Shown: piece after piece, positions 10,670-20,392 of the stretch
Layout of the letters: each line of letters opens with the position of its first letter
Position numbering within the stretch: the stretch's first letter is position 1
IMG/VR virus record: IMGVR_UViG_3300029922_000003
Source of the DNA: a virus
Strand: one strand, 5' to 3'
Length of the DNA stretch: 64,000 nucleotides
The notes under the pieces: generated by a model
Seen by the model: the letters and a program-made list of their open reading frames with translations, nothing else
What the model was told of the DNA's origin: nothing
Database searches by the model: none
Position numbers and translations under genes: made by a program

Positions 10670-11851
10670 GTGAAAGCAATCCGCACAGTCAAGCTCAAAA
10701 TTTCCGGCAGCACAAAAGCTGACGGGTTGCTTACTGTTTGGTTGAAGGCGGCGAACTGGCTTTCCGACATTGTCTTCAAGACCGAGGAATTGAACTCGAA
10801 TCGACTGGCAAAAGCCCACTACGCCAACCTCCGGGAGATGGGGTTGCCGTCTCAGTTGGCCTGCTCTCTCTGCAAAACAGTCTGCGCTACCTACAAGACC
10901 GCCAGATCGAACAAGCGATGGAGATTGGCTAAGTTCTCCCGCGCCGTGATCCCTGTGGTGTGGAAGCGGGACTTCAATCGCACCCAAAAAGGCGTCACGC
11001 TTTGGGGTGAACTTTTGACCGTTGCTGATTCCCGCCCATTGCCGGAAGGCGCATGGAAAGACTCCAAGATCAAGCGCGTCGGCAGGCAGTGGTTTCTCTG
11101 CTTGGCTCACGAAGTCGAGATCCCCGAGCCAAAGACCGAGGGCTGCATTGTCGGCTGTGATTTCGGCATCAAGCGAATGCTGGTCGCTACCAACTCGGCA
11201 AACGCCAAACCATTTTTCTTCCACGGCGGGGTGTTGAATCACCGTCGTTCTTGTATCCGGCGCACCCGCGCTGCTGTTCAGTCTGTTGGCACCAGAAGTG
11301 CTCGGCGACTCCTGAAAAGGATGTCCGGGCACGAGGCTGCCGTAACAGCGCACTTGCTCCACACAGCAAGTAAGGCACTGGTCAGCTACGCGGTTGAAGT
11401 CGGAGCAAGAAAGGTCGTGGTCGAAAACTTGGAGAATATACGAGACAGTTCTCTGAGCAAAGGGAAGGACTTGCGTTCCAAGGTTCACCGATGGCCTTAC
11501 GCCGATATGCGATTCAAGATCGCATACAAGGCAGCCGCCGTTGGAATTGAATTGGAAGCGGTCAGTCCTCGCAACACAAGCCGTGGGTGTAGTGCCTGCG
11601 GCCATGTCTCGGCATCGAACCGGAAAGGCTTGCGCTTCTGTTGTCAGAAGTGCGGCCACAAGGACGACGCAGACCGCCAAGCCTCGAAGAACATCCGGGC
11701 GCGGTCTGTCTCCATAGCGTGCAACGCTTCGGAGACGGCGAGCATTAAAGCCGCTAAAAGCATCGGGTCTGTCGATATTGACTCTGAATCGTGCGTTCCG
11801 CATGGCGATTTGGTGTTGGTGAAGGACTCGGCTAAATCCCCGTGCCTTTAG
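10670..11851 (+). CDS. tnpB: RNA-guided nuclease TnpB, catalytic residues intact
   Basis: Likely GTG start 10670 (MKAIRTVKLK); RuvC-I GCDFG, RuvC-II VVENL, Zn finger CSACGH..CQKCGH, RuvC-III DADRQASKNI. Confidence 0.92.
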   Translation: MKAIRTVKLKISGSTKADGLLTVWLKAANWLSDIVFKTEELNSNRLAKAHYANLREMGLPSQLACSLCKTVCATYKTARSNKRWRLAKFSRAVIPVVWKRDFNRTQKGVTLWGELLTVADSRPLPEGAWKDSKIKRVGRQWFLCLAHEVEIPEPKTEGCIVGCDFGIKRMLVATNSANAKPFFFHGGVLNHRRSCIRRTRAAVQSVGTRSARRLLKRMSGHEAAVTAHLLHTASKALVSYAVEVGARKVVVENLENIRDSSLSKGKDLRSKVHRWPYADMRFKIAYKAAAVGIELEAVSPRNTSRGCSACGHVSASNRKGLRFCCQKCGHKDDADRQASKNIRARSVSIACNASETASIKAAKSIGSVDIDSESCVPHGDLVLVKDSAKSPCL

Positions 11852-11886
11852 GCCGGGGAACTTTAAATTTTACCCTCCATTATTGC
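11700..11886 (+). ncRNA. Predicted TnpB omega/reRNA (scaffold boundary approximate) plus flank-derived guide
   Basis: Established location of TnpB guide RNAs over the tnpB 3' end and right end; 5' boundary not determinable from sequence. Confidence 0.5.
11837..11859 (+). repeat. IS right-end hairpin
   Basis: TCCCC-GT-GCC-TTTA-GGC-C-GGGGA preceded by AAAT and followed by ACTTTAA. Confidence 0.85.
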
Positions 11887-12186
11887 TTTGTATGCTGCGA
11901 TCAGATCTTCAGCAGAAGACTCTCCGCTTTTCTTTTGCTCCTCTACCTTTATGTATGGATATGAGTCCTTAATAAATTCAATCAGGTTGTCAGATCTATT
12001 TGAATTGGCCTTATTGATATTGTCTGGCGATATATAGTTCATACCACCAAGAGCCTCTATCTTGGCCCTATAGATGTCTGAGTTGTTCTCGTGGGACATA
12101 CCAAGACACGCCATTTCAAGGCGCAGCTCTTCATATCCATCTGGCATATCCAGATGACTTCTCCCACCAGATGTTACACCCCGCAA
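11863..12186 (-). CDS. Tail assembly chaperone, frameshift extension (gpT-like)
   Basis: Frame is open from 12234, overlapping the end of the upstream gene in the -1 frame. Confidence 0.6.
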   Translation of the reverse strand: MRGVTSGGRSHLDMPDGYEELRLEMACLGMSHENNSDIYRAKIEALGGMNYISPDNINKANSNRSDNLIEFIKDSYPYIKVEEQKKSGESSAEDLIAAYKAIMEGKI

Positions 12187-12200
12187 AAAGGCCTGACGGA

Positions 12201-12749
12201 TTAAGAATCTTTTGCGGGATCGGAAAAATCTGGATCAAACACACGCCTAGATAGATCTAGCAGCTTTGTGTTGAACTGAGACAATAGACCGGAAAGTATG
12301 TACGTGTAGGTAGAGGAACCAGCACCAATTGGGCTGGCATCTACTTCAGCGAACAAGTCAAAATCCCCAAGACTCCAAGCACTCTTGGGATACACCCTTT
12401 CCTGCCTTACCCCATTGATCTCCTCTAGCTGATAATACAGACAGCCAAGATTGTACAGAGTGCTACACTCAAATGCATTGGAGATCTTACCAGTCTTCAG
12501 GAGGGCGTCTATTTGCTTCGTGACAATATCCCCCTCTCTCTTTGTCTTATCCCTAAAGGTGACATCAATGTTCTGATTTGGATTGGTTATGCGAGAGGAG
12601 AACGTCTTGCCAGTTGCCAAGCATTCAGCGAACTTGGTCTTATCCTCATCTGTGATCTCTAGCTTTGGTAGCTCGTAGTTTGCAACCTCGGTCTCTTTGG
12701 CCTTTATTTCGTTTGCCTCTTCTTTTATCTTTTGAATTTCTTCGCTCAT
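12201..12749 (-). CDS. Tail assembly chaperone (gpG-like)
   Basis: 182 aa acidic protein between tube/spike and tape measure genes; slippery site plus hairpin at 3' end. Confidence 0.6.
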   Translation of the reverse strand: MSEEIQKIKEEANEIKAKETEVANYELPKLEITDEDKTKFAECLATGKTFSSRITNPNQNIDVTFRDKTKREGDIVTKQIDALLKTGKISNAFECSTLYNLGCLYYQLEEINGVRQERVYPKSAWSLGDFDLFAEVDASPIGAGSSTYTYILSGLLSQFNTKLLDLSRRVFDPDFSDPAKDS

Positions 12750-15139
12750 ACGTCAGGGTGGAATTTTTGTGTGGATAGTGGCACTTGCGTGAACACACCG
12801 CCAGTCATGCTCTGTTGATCCCTTGGCTTAGGGGTTCCGTCTGGATAAACATTTGCTTCTTGGTATGTAGTGAGTGCTGTGCCGCCGATTAAGTTGTCCT
12901 TACCTGGATACGGCATTTCTCCAGCAGCGTCAACATCCTTATGTAAATTTGTCCACTCCTCTAGTTGAGAAAGGTATTGCCTCTGCCAGAATGTCTCAAA
13001 CCATTGATATCCATCAGTACCATATTGATCAGTAGTACGATACTTCCATTCAATCTTGTCGTAGTCGGCCTGCGTGTAGGGGGACAGTGCATAGGTTATC
13101 CTAGGTTCAGAAAGTAAGTCTTTTGTGGCTGCAGCAACTTGTTCCTCAAACACCTTCTCTGTCGGAGGAGCTACCATTGGTTTTTCAATTTTTTTGACAT
13201 ACTCCCCATTTGTTGTAGATGCTATATATCCATTCACACCAAAGTTCTGTAGGCCATATATATTCCCCTCGGAGAATATCCCACCAGTTGTGTAGATCTC
13301 ATCATCAAAGTGTCCTTGTCCACCAGCGAACACATCACCATTTGTCATAATGATCATATTACTGGAGGGATCTGATTCAGCTCCAGTTCCCATGTAGATA
13401 TAGTGTCCATCTTGACTCCAGTTCATATGGTCGCTCGATCTCATAAGAACTGACGGATACGTACCCTCCGTTTGCCCTGTAACCGAAAATGAACCATCTG
13501 CTGTGACACCAACATTGTTGGCAGAAAGTAAAACCTTTGAGGCTGTTTTTAGTATAATTCCAGATGGTGCGTAATCCCCGCCCTCTCCATCAAGAACTAA
13601 AACTGGATTGTACATGGCAGTAAGCTGAATAGCTCCGTTCTTGGAGTCCATCAATATGTCCTTGCCCCCACGAATTCTTACAGACTCGTCTGTGCAATAA
13701 ATCTCAGCAGACTTCTGTGCACGGATGATTGTATCCTTTCCAGACAGGATGACCGTAGTGCGTCCAGAAATGATCTCTACGTCCTTTGCAGCAGTTACGG
13801 TTAACTTACCCGCCCTGAGCTCTACAGAAGCCCCCCAGGCGTCTCTAAGGAGCACTGAGCCATCAGGTAGAACTCCACAGAAAGCATCTCCAGCGTTTGT
13901 CGCAGCTATATCACTATTAATTGTTTCTGTGGGTCCTGATTGAGTAGGAGAAAGACCAATACCTGCACCAAAGTCACATGTCTGATTTTCTGCTGCAAGA
14001 TTTGGGAAAGAAACACCCAATGGGCTTGGATCGTCCCAGTCACTGTCATATCCCTCGTGTCTTATAAACCTGTACTGACCAGATGTCTGCCATGCAACAT
14101 AGTCTCTTACAGAGCACCACAATCCAGCAGTAGTTCCAACAAACCCCTGCCTAGCAACAGCAGTGTCTACATTTGTATCCCCCTCTCCAGATAGATCATC
14201 AGCTTCATACTTCTTGATCGGGACATAGATGCCATTAACCTTGGCCATCCATGCGCCTTGTGTAGTTTTTATACTAAATGTTCCAAGCTCGTCGTGCCAA
14301 ATATCAGAAAATAGAGTACCACTAGCAGAGCTCCTGTTGGATTGTATAGCCTGACCTGCTGCAAACCACCCAGAGACTACTCTAATTGTATGGTTTGCGT
14401 ACTGGTCAGCAACAAATGGTCCTAGGAGTGGGGATATGAGTGTTTCTGTGTTTGTACGACCATAATCACAAATACTCCTGACCTTAAACCCAGAATTAAA
14501 CATCTGGAAGTTATGTGCCACCACATCAACAAAATCATCTATCTTATTTAGTGTAATAGATGCAAGAACTCCAGCTTGAATTCTTTTATATAACTTACCA
14601 TCAATTCCTCCTACATGGTAGTCACCAAACGAAGCCTTTTCTCCAGGTAACATATCATCAGCAATGCACGTATCTGATGTATCAAAAGCTATATCTTGGC
14701 ATTTGAAAGTATTCGCATCTATCATCTCATCAAAGCTGTCTGCATAATCCCCAAATGTTGGGATCTCTGTCTTTGTCCCAGGAGGAGAAAGAACGTTCAT
14801 TATCGCAGACCCAAGTACAAACCCATGGTGCGACTCTGGTAGCTTTGCAATAATTATCATATCCCCAATAACAGGAGAGAAAACATCACTGTGTCCAGTT
14901 GTTGGAGAAAATCCAGTAGATGGGTATGTGCACTGGGCATATCCCTCAAACGGGCACACCACCACACAAGTATTTTGAAGTGGGAATGTGTCTACAACCC
15001 TTCCAACAACAATTACATACCTGGCTGCAGCTATATCTCTCTGTGAGTACTCACTTGCAATACCATTGATCGGTTCGCATGGAGTCTGATACCCAGAACT
15101 TAGGGATTTAAACTCTGGAGATGTAGGATTTCTAGGCAT
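12746..15139 (-). CDS. Baseplate central spike protein (gp5/VgrG-like)
   Basis: N-terminal OB-fold-like VVGRVVDTFP...PVIGDMIII; beta-helix-like repeats GASVELRAGKLTVTAAKDVEIISG. Confidence 0.65.
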   Translation of the reverse strand: MPRNPTSPEFKSLSSGYQTPCEPINGIASEYSQRDIAAARYVIVVGRVVDTFPLQNTCVVVCPFEGYAQCTYPSTGFSPTTGHSDVFSPVIGDMIIIAKLPESHHGFVLGSAIMNVLSPPGTKTEIPTFGDYADSFDEMIDANTFKCQDIAFDTSDTCIADDMLPGEKASFGDYHVGGIDGKLYKRIQAGVLASITLNKIDDFVDVVAHNFQMFNSGFKVRSICDYGRTNTETLISPLLGPFVADQYANHTIRVVSGWFAAGQAIQSNRSSASGTLFSDIWHDELGTFSIKTTQGAWMAKVNGIYVPIKKYEADDLSGEGDTNVDTAVARQGFVGTTAGLWCSVRDYVAWQTSGQYRFIRHEGYDSDWDDPSPLGVSFPNLAAENQTCDFGAGIGLSPTQSGPTETINSDIAATNAGDAFCGVLPDGSVLLRDAWGASVELRAGKLTVTAAKDVEIISGRTTVILSGKDTIIRAQKSAEIYCTDESVRIRGGKDILMDSKNGAIQLTAMYNPVLVLDGEGGDYAPSGIILKTASKVLLSANNVGVTADGSFSVTGQTEGTYPSVLMRSSDHMNWSQDGHYIYMGTGAESDPSSNMIIMTNGDVFAGGQGHFDDEIYTTGGIFSEGNIYGLQNFGVNGYIASTTNGEYVKKIEKPMVAPPTEKVFEEQVAAATKDLLSEPRITYALSPYTQADYDKIEWKYRTTDQYGTDGYQWFETFWQRQYLSQLEEWTNLHKDVDAAGEMPYPGKDNLIGGTALTTYQEANVYPDGTPKPRDQQSMTGGVFTQVPLSTQKFHPDV

Positions 15140-15148
15140 TAAACAAAA

Positions 15149-15178
15149 GGGGTGGCACGATTAGTTTCGCGCCACCCC
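15149..15178 (-). terminator. Rho-independent terminator after tail tube gene
   Basis: GGGGTGGC...GCCACCCC stem followed by TTTTGTTT on minus strand. Confidence 0.75.
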
Positions 15179-15198
15179 GTATTGAAGTCAACCCAATA

Positions 15199-15711
15199 TT
15201 AGCTATTGGCGGCGGACATACTAGCAAACAGACCCTGGAGACTCTCTCTGATCATAAGCTCCTGGGTGTTCATTGTGAAGCCGTAGCTTGTGATGAATAC
15301 TCCAGTAAGGGTTCTAGCAAAGTTTGCCGTGATTCCATCGCAACCACCATTAGTTCCAGAGAACGAAATCGTAGCTCCACCAAGGCAAGCATTGAATAGG
15401 TTGGTGTCAAACTCCTTAGTGCTGACAATTTTACCTACAGAAATCTGACCAAGGGGACGGCCAGCAAGAACATACATCTTGCTAGATCCAAGCTCGTAGA
15501 TTGCATTAGCCTGTTGAGCGTATGTACACTCTACATTCTGTACAAGTGCTCCAACCCCAAGTGAGGCTGGTGTTCCACCTGAGGAAGAAGCTTGTGAGCT
15601 AGTCCCTGTCCCAGCACTTGTGCTGAGGGTCATGATAGCCATGTCGGAAAGGAACACCCCTCCGACCTGAACTGGGGTCCGTCCGTAGATATCTGTTGCT
15701 GATGTTGACAT
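15199..15711 (-). CDS. Tail tube protein
   Basis: 170 aa directly after sheath; VQNVECTYAQQANAIYELGS..YVLAGRPLGQISV. Confidence 0.75.
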   Translation of the reverse strand: MSTSATDIYGRTPVQVGGVFLSDMAIMTLSTSAGTGTSSQASSSGGTPASLGVGALVQNVECTYAQQANAIYELGSSKMYVLAGRPLGQISVGKIVSTKEFDTNLFNACLGGATISFSGTNGGCDGITANFARTLTGVFITSYGFTMNTQELMIRESLQGLFASMSAANS

Positions 15712-15728
15712 AGTTGTTTTTTCCTAGA

Positions 15729-18464
15729 TTAGATTACGTTGAGCACCAGGTTCACATTGTTAACTGGATATGGTAGAGTCAGATTGATATTTGAATTAAT
15801 CTTGGTCCTGATGATTGGATCAATCGACAGGCTGTTGATTGTGAATCCAAGCAGCTGGGCTCCAGCACTATCAGTGACTGCATTTCCCATCAAGTATGTC
15901 AGACGGTCTGTAAGACGAGTCTGCATTAGCTGAACGAAATATGGATTGTTGTTGTACTGACCAACATACACCAGAAGATCCCCTCTGAGATACTTGGCAA
16001 TAGAATCCAAGTTTGTTGTGATAGAGATTTCAGACGTATTGTCGTCAGTATAGTCAGTAGTAAGCTGATGACGATTGAAGATCGCTCCACCATTTGATGC
16101 CTGATCGATGATCCACGTTCCCCCACCAGCGATAACGTTGAGCTGGGTGAGAGAGAAGTATGGGGTAGAGTGAGCAGCAGATGTGAATCCAAGAAGTGTC
16201 ACATTTGTCAGAGGTTGGTGAGGAGCAACACCAGACTTAAGTCCAGCAACAGCAGCGGCACCGAAGTAACCTGCAACAGTTAGAGTGCCATCACCCAGAA
16301 CGTCTGGCCAGACATTAACAACGCGGCGGTTTCCAAGGGCGGAAGAGGAGGCGGCGATAGCAGCTGCCTGCTCGTCCTTGCTCAGGCTGCGAGAAATCTG
16401 GATGCGGCGTGGGCTACCGGAAGATCCAATAGGAGCTGCGAACCCAGGAGACACAAGCTTGAGGTTTTGCTCATCTATGACACTGAGAATAACAACCGAA
16501 TCGTACACATTGTTTCCAAGGGCATCAACCGTGAAGTTGGAGCGGAACACATCTCCAGGGCGGATCCCATCAGTGATAAATGTAGCACCTGATACTGTGG
16601 CCAGCGTATAAGCTGTGACCTCGGAGCTACTATCAATAGCAACATACCCTGTCCAAGCTGTGCCGGTACCTGGGTTGATGTCGTACTTGAGGACTGTAGG
16701 AGAAAATGCCTGATTGACGATTGCAACGCGCTCTCTCGAGATAGAGGGATCGCTAGCAGCTAGGACGTGAGCCTCAGCAGCCTGGATGATCGTAGGATCA
16801 GTTGTAAGAGGGACGATGTAGTAAGCAGTAGGATCTGAAATGCTAGACTCGAAAGCCGCATTATACCCATCAACTGTTTCTGCAGTCACTGGGACGTAGT
16901 ACACAACCGCTCCAGCGGAGTTCTCAAGAGCCTTTCCAACTGCATAAGCAACTGGGTTCTCAGGAACGTTTTTGCCGATCTGAGCAGGGATCAGGGATGG
17001 ATCGCTGATCGTATTGAGCTGATTGGCATTGTCGATAACAAGAGCCTCGTAGCCAATGTTAACAGTAGCGCTAACAATCGGCATCTTGAGCAGAGTGCTG
17101 TAGGAATCAGTAAAGTTGCTGTTAGAAGCAAACAGCTGATCTTCGACAGTAACCGTCTTGCTGTCTGAGGAGATAGTGAATGCAACGTCACCTGGTGTTG
17201 GGTATCCAGCACGAGGGATGTTTAAAGAGGCTACGCTGTAGCAGAAATTGACTGTGATTGCGCTAGTGTTGGTCACTCCCGATGGAAGTGGGTCAGCAAG
17301 CGTAACAGTTGTTGCAGCACCAGCTGAGACAGCAGTGGCTGGAACGTAGAAAATATCTCCCAGTCGTAGTCCGGTATTGGAGCTACCCGAGAAAGTTGCA
17401 GTAAGCCCTAGGGACCCAAGGTAGAAAGACTTATTGCTCGAAGAGAGAGTCTGAGGTACCGCAGAGTCAACACCGTTGTTGGTAGATACAGCAACCTGTG
17501 GTCCGCTAGCCCATGTACCGCCCTTCACAACCTGGACTTCGTAAATCGTATTGTATTGACCAACATAAGTACCGGAGACGGATGGCTCTTGGTCAGCAAA
17601 AACAGCAGTAACGGCAACCGTGTACTGTTCGCCAGTGACATAGGCACCAGTTCCAGTGAAGTGAATAACAAGACCGCAAGTTCCAATAGTGATAGCAGTT
17701 CCTTCCGCTGCAGAGGCAACGCTAGCAACATTATCTCCCTGAACGCTTGTGATATTGAGGGTGGCTGCAGATCCTGTTCCACCAGATGCAACTGTGATGG
17801 TGTAGGTGTCGCTGATATAACCAGCGGCGATGTTGCCGATAAAAGCACTAGATGAATCAATTACAACAGCGTGACCTGTACCTTCGGCATTTACCGTTGT
17901 AATGGTATTAGCACCGGCGCTGTGTAGGTTACTAGCATCAGCAGTAACAGACCCAACCGAAGAGGCAACAACAGCGCGAGTAATCCCAGTTACGCGAGTT
18001 TCGCTAATGGTAGAGCCAGAGAGTGAAACAACAACTCCGTCGCCCACATTAACGTCGCGGCCATAGAAAGCCCCATTGCGAGCAAAGGCAACGCTTCCGT
18101 CAGTGTTGTAGTACTGAACAAATCCACCACTAGCAAGGGTCAGAGAATTCTGAGCAGAACCAAGGGTGATAGCGCTATAAGAAAATGATGCGTAGGAGGC
18201 GAGAACGTCAGTAAGCTGAAGTTCGATAGAAGTGGGATCAACTTCGTCAAGTAGTCCAAGTCCTTTGAGGGCGTATGGAGTGTTGGCAGTTGTAACAAAG
18301 CTACCATACCCAGTATAGGAGGCATCGGTAGGATCATTAACATCCTTGATGTTTTTCTGAGATCCAACAATTACCGCAATAAGGTCTTGGGTGGCAGTCG
18401 CTGGGAGGGCTGCAAAGTCCTGCTGAATGTCAACCTGAGGAAGGAGATATGTTCTAGTGGCCAT
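15729..18464 (-). CDS. Contractile tail sheath protein
   Basis: 911 aa; C-terminal sheath domain RRVVNVWPD..AAAVAGLKSGVAPHQPLTN..IFNRHQLTTD..SITTNLDSIAKYLR. Confidence 0.85.
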   Translation of the reverse strand: MATRTYLLPQVDIQQDFAALPATATQDLIAVIVGSQKNIKDVNDPTDASYTGYGSFVTTANTPYALKGLGLLDEVDPTSIELQLTDVLASYASFSYSAITLGSAQNSLTLASGGFVQYYNTDGSVAFARNGAFYGRDVNVGDGVVVSLSGSTISETRVTGITRAVVASSVGSVTADASNLHSAGANTITTVNAEGTGHAVVIDSSSAFIGNIAAGYISDTYTITVASGGTGSAATLNITSVQGDNVASVASAAEGTAITIGTCGLVIHFTGTGAYVTGEQYTVAVTAVFADQEPSVSGTYVGQYNTIYEVQVVKGGTWASGPQVAVSTNNGVDSAVPQTLSSSNKSFYLGSLGLTATFSGSSNTGLRLGDIFYVPATAVSAGAATTVTLADPLPSGVTNTSAITVNFCYSVASLNIPRAGYPTPGDVAFTISSDSKTVTVEDQLFASNSNFTDSYSTLLKMPIVSATVNIGYEALVIDNANQLNTISDPSLIPAQIGKNVPENPVAYAVGKALENSAGAVVYYVPVTAETVDGYNAAFESSISDPTAYYIVPLTTDPTIIQAAEAHVLAASDPSISRERVAIVNQAFSPTVLKYDINPGTGTAWTGYVAIDSSSEVTAYTLATVSGATFITDGIRPGDVFRSNFTVDALGNNVYDSVVILSVIDEQNLKLVSPGFAAPIGSSGSPRRIQISRSLSKDEQAAAIAASSSALGNRRVVNVWPDVLGDGTLTVAGYFGAAAVAGLKSGVAPHQPLTNVTLLGFTSAAHSTPYFSLTQLNVIAGGGTWIIDQASNGGAIFNRHQLTTDYTDDNTSEISITTNLDSIAKYLRGDLLVYVGQYNNNPYFVQLMQTRLTDRLTYLMGNAVTDSAGAQLLGFTINSLSIDPIIRTKINSNINLTLPYPVNNVNLVLNVI

Positions 18465-18488
18465 GGGATTTATTTAATTACTATTAGA

Positions 18489-19166
18489 TCAGGTAAGTGC
18501 CTGTTGTGGCAAGATGTTTTTTGCTGTTTCGCTTATTTTTAGATTAGTAAATACCGATTTAACCCTAAGGCTTTCTGTTGTTATTCCCCAGTGCTCTTGA
18601 TATTTGACCTCGCAAGCAAAATCTGTTGTCCAATACTCCTTATATTCTTCTATTCTTTGGGTTTTCCCAGTGCTTACAGCCCTAACTCTATCTAGAGAAA
18701 AAGCCCTTTCTATTTGGTTTCTGAACCCAGAGACAAAGTACCTAAGTTCTGTTGCAAGTTCCATGCTAGCAAGCATGCTCTCGGCAATACATCTAAATTG
18801 TACAACAGAGTGATTCATGTTGAACATTGATACCAATCCAGTATTCGGATCAAATCCAAAAAAGTCATTAATAGCATCCTGTGGGTATTGAGCCTGATCA
18901 ATGCTAACTAGAATAGATGGCCTTTTGCCAACTACTGCTCTGTCTGCATTATATGTCTCACTGATCCAAACATTGGACACAGCTTGGTCTGGATTCCAAA
19001 GGTAATTAGAGGCTCCAGAAGAAATTCTATTTGTAGATCCAAAGTACTGACGTAGTGATGCGACAAATACAGACAGTACATAAATAGGTGTCTTTAGGTA
19101 GCACCCATCTTCTGCTCTAACTGGGTACAAGGTAGCGCCGGTTAAACTCTTGATTTGTTCACTCAT
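18489..19166 (-). CDS. Probable tail terminator/completion protein
   Basis: 225 aa between neck genes and sheath; RPSILVSI pattern. Confidence 0.55.
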   Translation of the reverse strand: MSEQIKSLTGATLYPVRAEDGCYLKTPIYVLSVFVASLRQYFGSTNRISSGASNYLWNPDQAVSNVWISETYNADRAVVGKRPSILVSIDQAQYPQDAINDFFGFDPNTGLVSMFNMNHSVVQFRCIAESMLASMELATELRYFVSGFRNQIERAFSLDRVRAVSTGKTQRIEEYKEYWTTDFACEVKYQEHWGITTESLRVKSVFTNLKISETAKNILPQQALT

Positions 19167-19939
19167 CGTAGAGGTATCTTAAATGCAGGATCTGTAACAG
19201 GCAACCTTGTAATTTTAACTGACTGCTTAACCTTAAGCCCGCGAAATTCAATCTGATCTACTTGAGCAACTTTGTAGCGAGCATTTGCGTCTTTGCTAAT
19301 CCAGATATCCTGAGGCTTTATAGTTGGATATGGCATTGCCAAGAAGGCGCTGTCTGCCTGCTCTACTAGCCCTTGCTCTTCCACTGGGATCTTTGACGTT
19401 CCACCTGGGGGTACATACTCATAGGCGACAAACATGTCAATTGGTGGCCAATAACCACCTTTGAACTTCTGTCCAAGCCCATCCTTGTCTTCAGTACCAA
19501 TTGGCTGTCCAAGAATCGGATGGACATTGCTTGCAGGCTCTCCAAAGGTCTTTAGCCTAAGAAGTGTACCTGTAGCACCGTTGAATTTCTTTAGCTCAAG
19601 ATTCCACCTGCGGAGCATCTCCCTGTATCTAAGGTAGTCAGGACGAGTAGGTTCTCCGGCGGCATTGTCTGGAGAGGACACAGCTACCTGTACCCCATTC
19701 TCCTTTGCGATTACCCTAAACCAAAGAGCGTCTATATTAGACAGAATCCTATCTGGCTTGGTAATTGTTATTTCATTGTCGCCAAATACGTCAGCAGCTT
19801 TAACCCACGGACCAGAATCAGTAGGAGACAACTCTACAGTAAACGAGAAATTACCCATGCCTTGACCATCCCACTCAACGTGGTACTTACTGTCTAGGAG
19901 TGATGGGTATATCGATAATCTTGTAAACTTGAAAGCCAT
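19163..19939 (-). CDS. Probable neck/head-closure protein
   Basis: 258 aa; GQKFKGGYWPPI, YPTIKPQDIWI..RYKV; synteny. Confidence 0.55.
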   Translation of the reverse strand: MAFKFTRLSIYPSLLDSKYHVEWDGQGMGNFSFTVELSPTDSGPWVKAADVFGDNEITITKPDRILSNIDALWFRVIAKENGVQVAVSSPDNAAGEPTRPDYLRYREMLRRWNLELKKFNGATGTLLRLKTFGEPASNVHPILGQPIGTEDKDGLGQKFKGGYWPPIDMFVAYEYVPPGGTSKIPVEEQGLVEQADSAFLAMPYPTIKPQDIWISKDANARYKVAQVDQIEFRGLKVKQSVKITRLPVTDPAFKIPLR

Positions 19940-20389
19940 TTAGAACGGACGTATATATCTGTATGGTCCCGCAATAGATCCATAACACAATTCTGCATTC
20001 TTCATCCTCTTGATGTCTACAATGCGCTTATTAAATTCTTGGACTAATTGATTGGCAATAGACAGGTACTCCTGGGTCTTACCTTTGTCCTGAATTGTTG
20101 CTCCGTCCTTGGTAGAGAAGTCTAGTCGATTTCTTGAGTAATTAATTGCCTTGGATCTCATGAGATATCCAGAGGCACCCACAAGCATCTCGTACCGGTA
20201 CGGGAAGTCTTCGACAGTATAGGTGTCTACAAAAGGTAGAGTAGAATTATATGTATCAGTAACCAGGATCATCGCTTGTTCGATGTCCTTATCCTCGAAC
20301 TCTACAGAGTCCAATAGAAAATTTTCCGCTGCGGACCGATCCATAAGAAAGAATCGGACATCTGCAGGGGTTACGAGTTGCTGTATCAT
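19940..20389 (-). CDS. Probable head-tail connector protein
   Basis: 149 aa; VRFFLMDR..NFLLD.VEF.D.DI, SRNRLDFS; first gene of neck block. Confidence 0.55.
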   Translation of the reverse strand: MIQQLVTPADVRFFLMDRSAAENFLLDSVEFEDKDIEQAMILVTDTYNSTLPFVDTYTVEDFPYRYEMLVGASGYLMRSKAINYSRNRLDFSTKDGATIQDKGKTQEYLSIANQLVQEFNKRIVDIKRMKNAELCYGSIAGPYRYIRPF

Positions 20390-20392
20390 GTT

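Larger units (their letters stand above)
10189..11866 (+). mobile_element. IS200/IS605-family element with divergent tnpA and tnpB
   Basis: Both genes plus subterminal hairpins. Guide GAAA predicts left target TCAT (present 10185-10188); guide AAAT predicts terminal TTAA (11863-11866), using IS608 guide/cleavage-site pairing rules. Visibly GC-richer than flanks. Confidence 0.9.

Noticed and set aside
10217-11803. 528-aa minus-strand ORF
   Set aside because: Only the last 140 aa are TnpA; the rest is the antisense shadow of GC-rich tnpB
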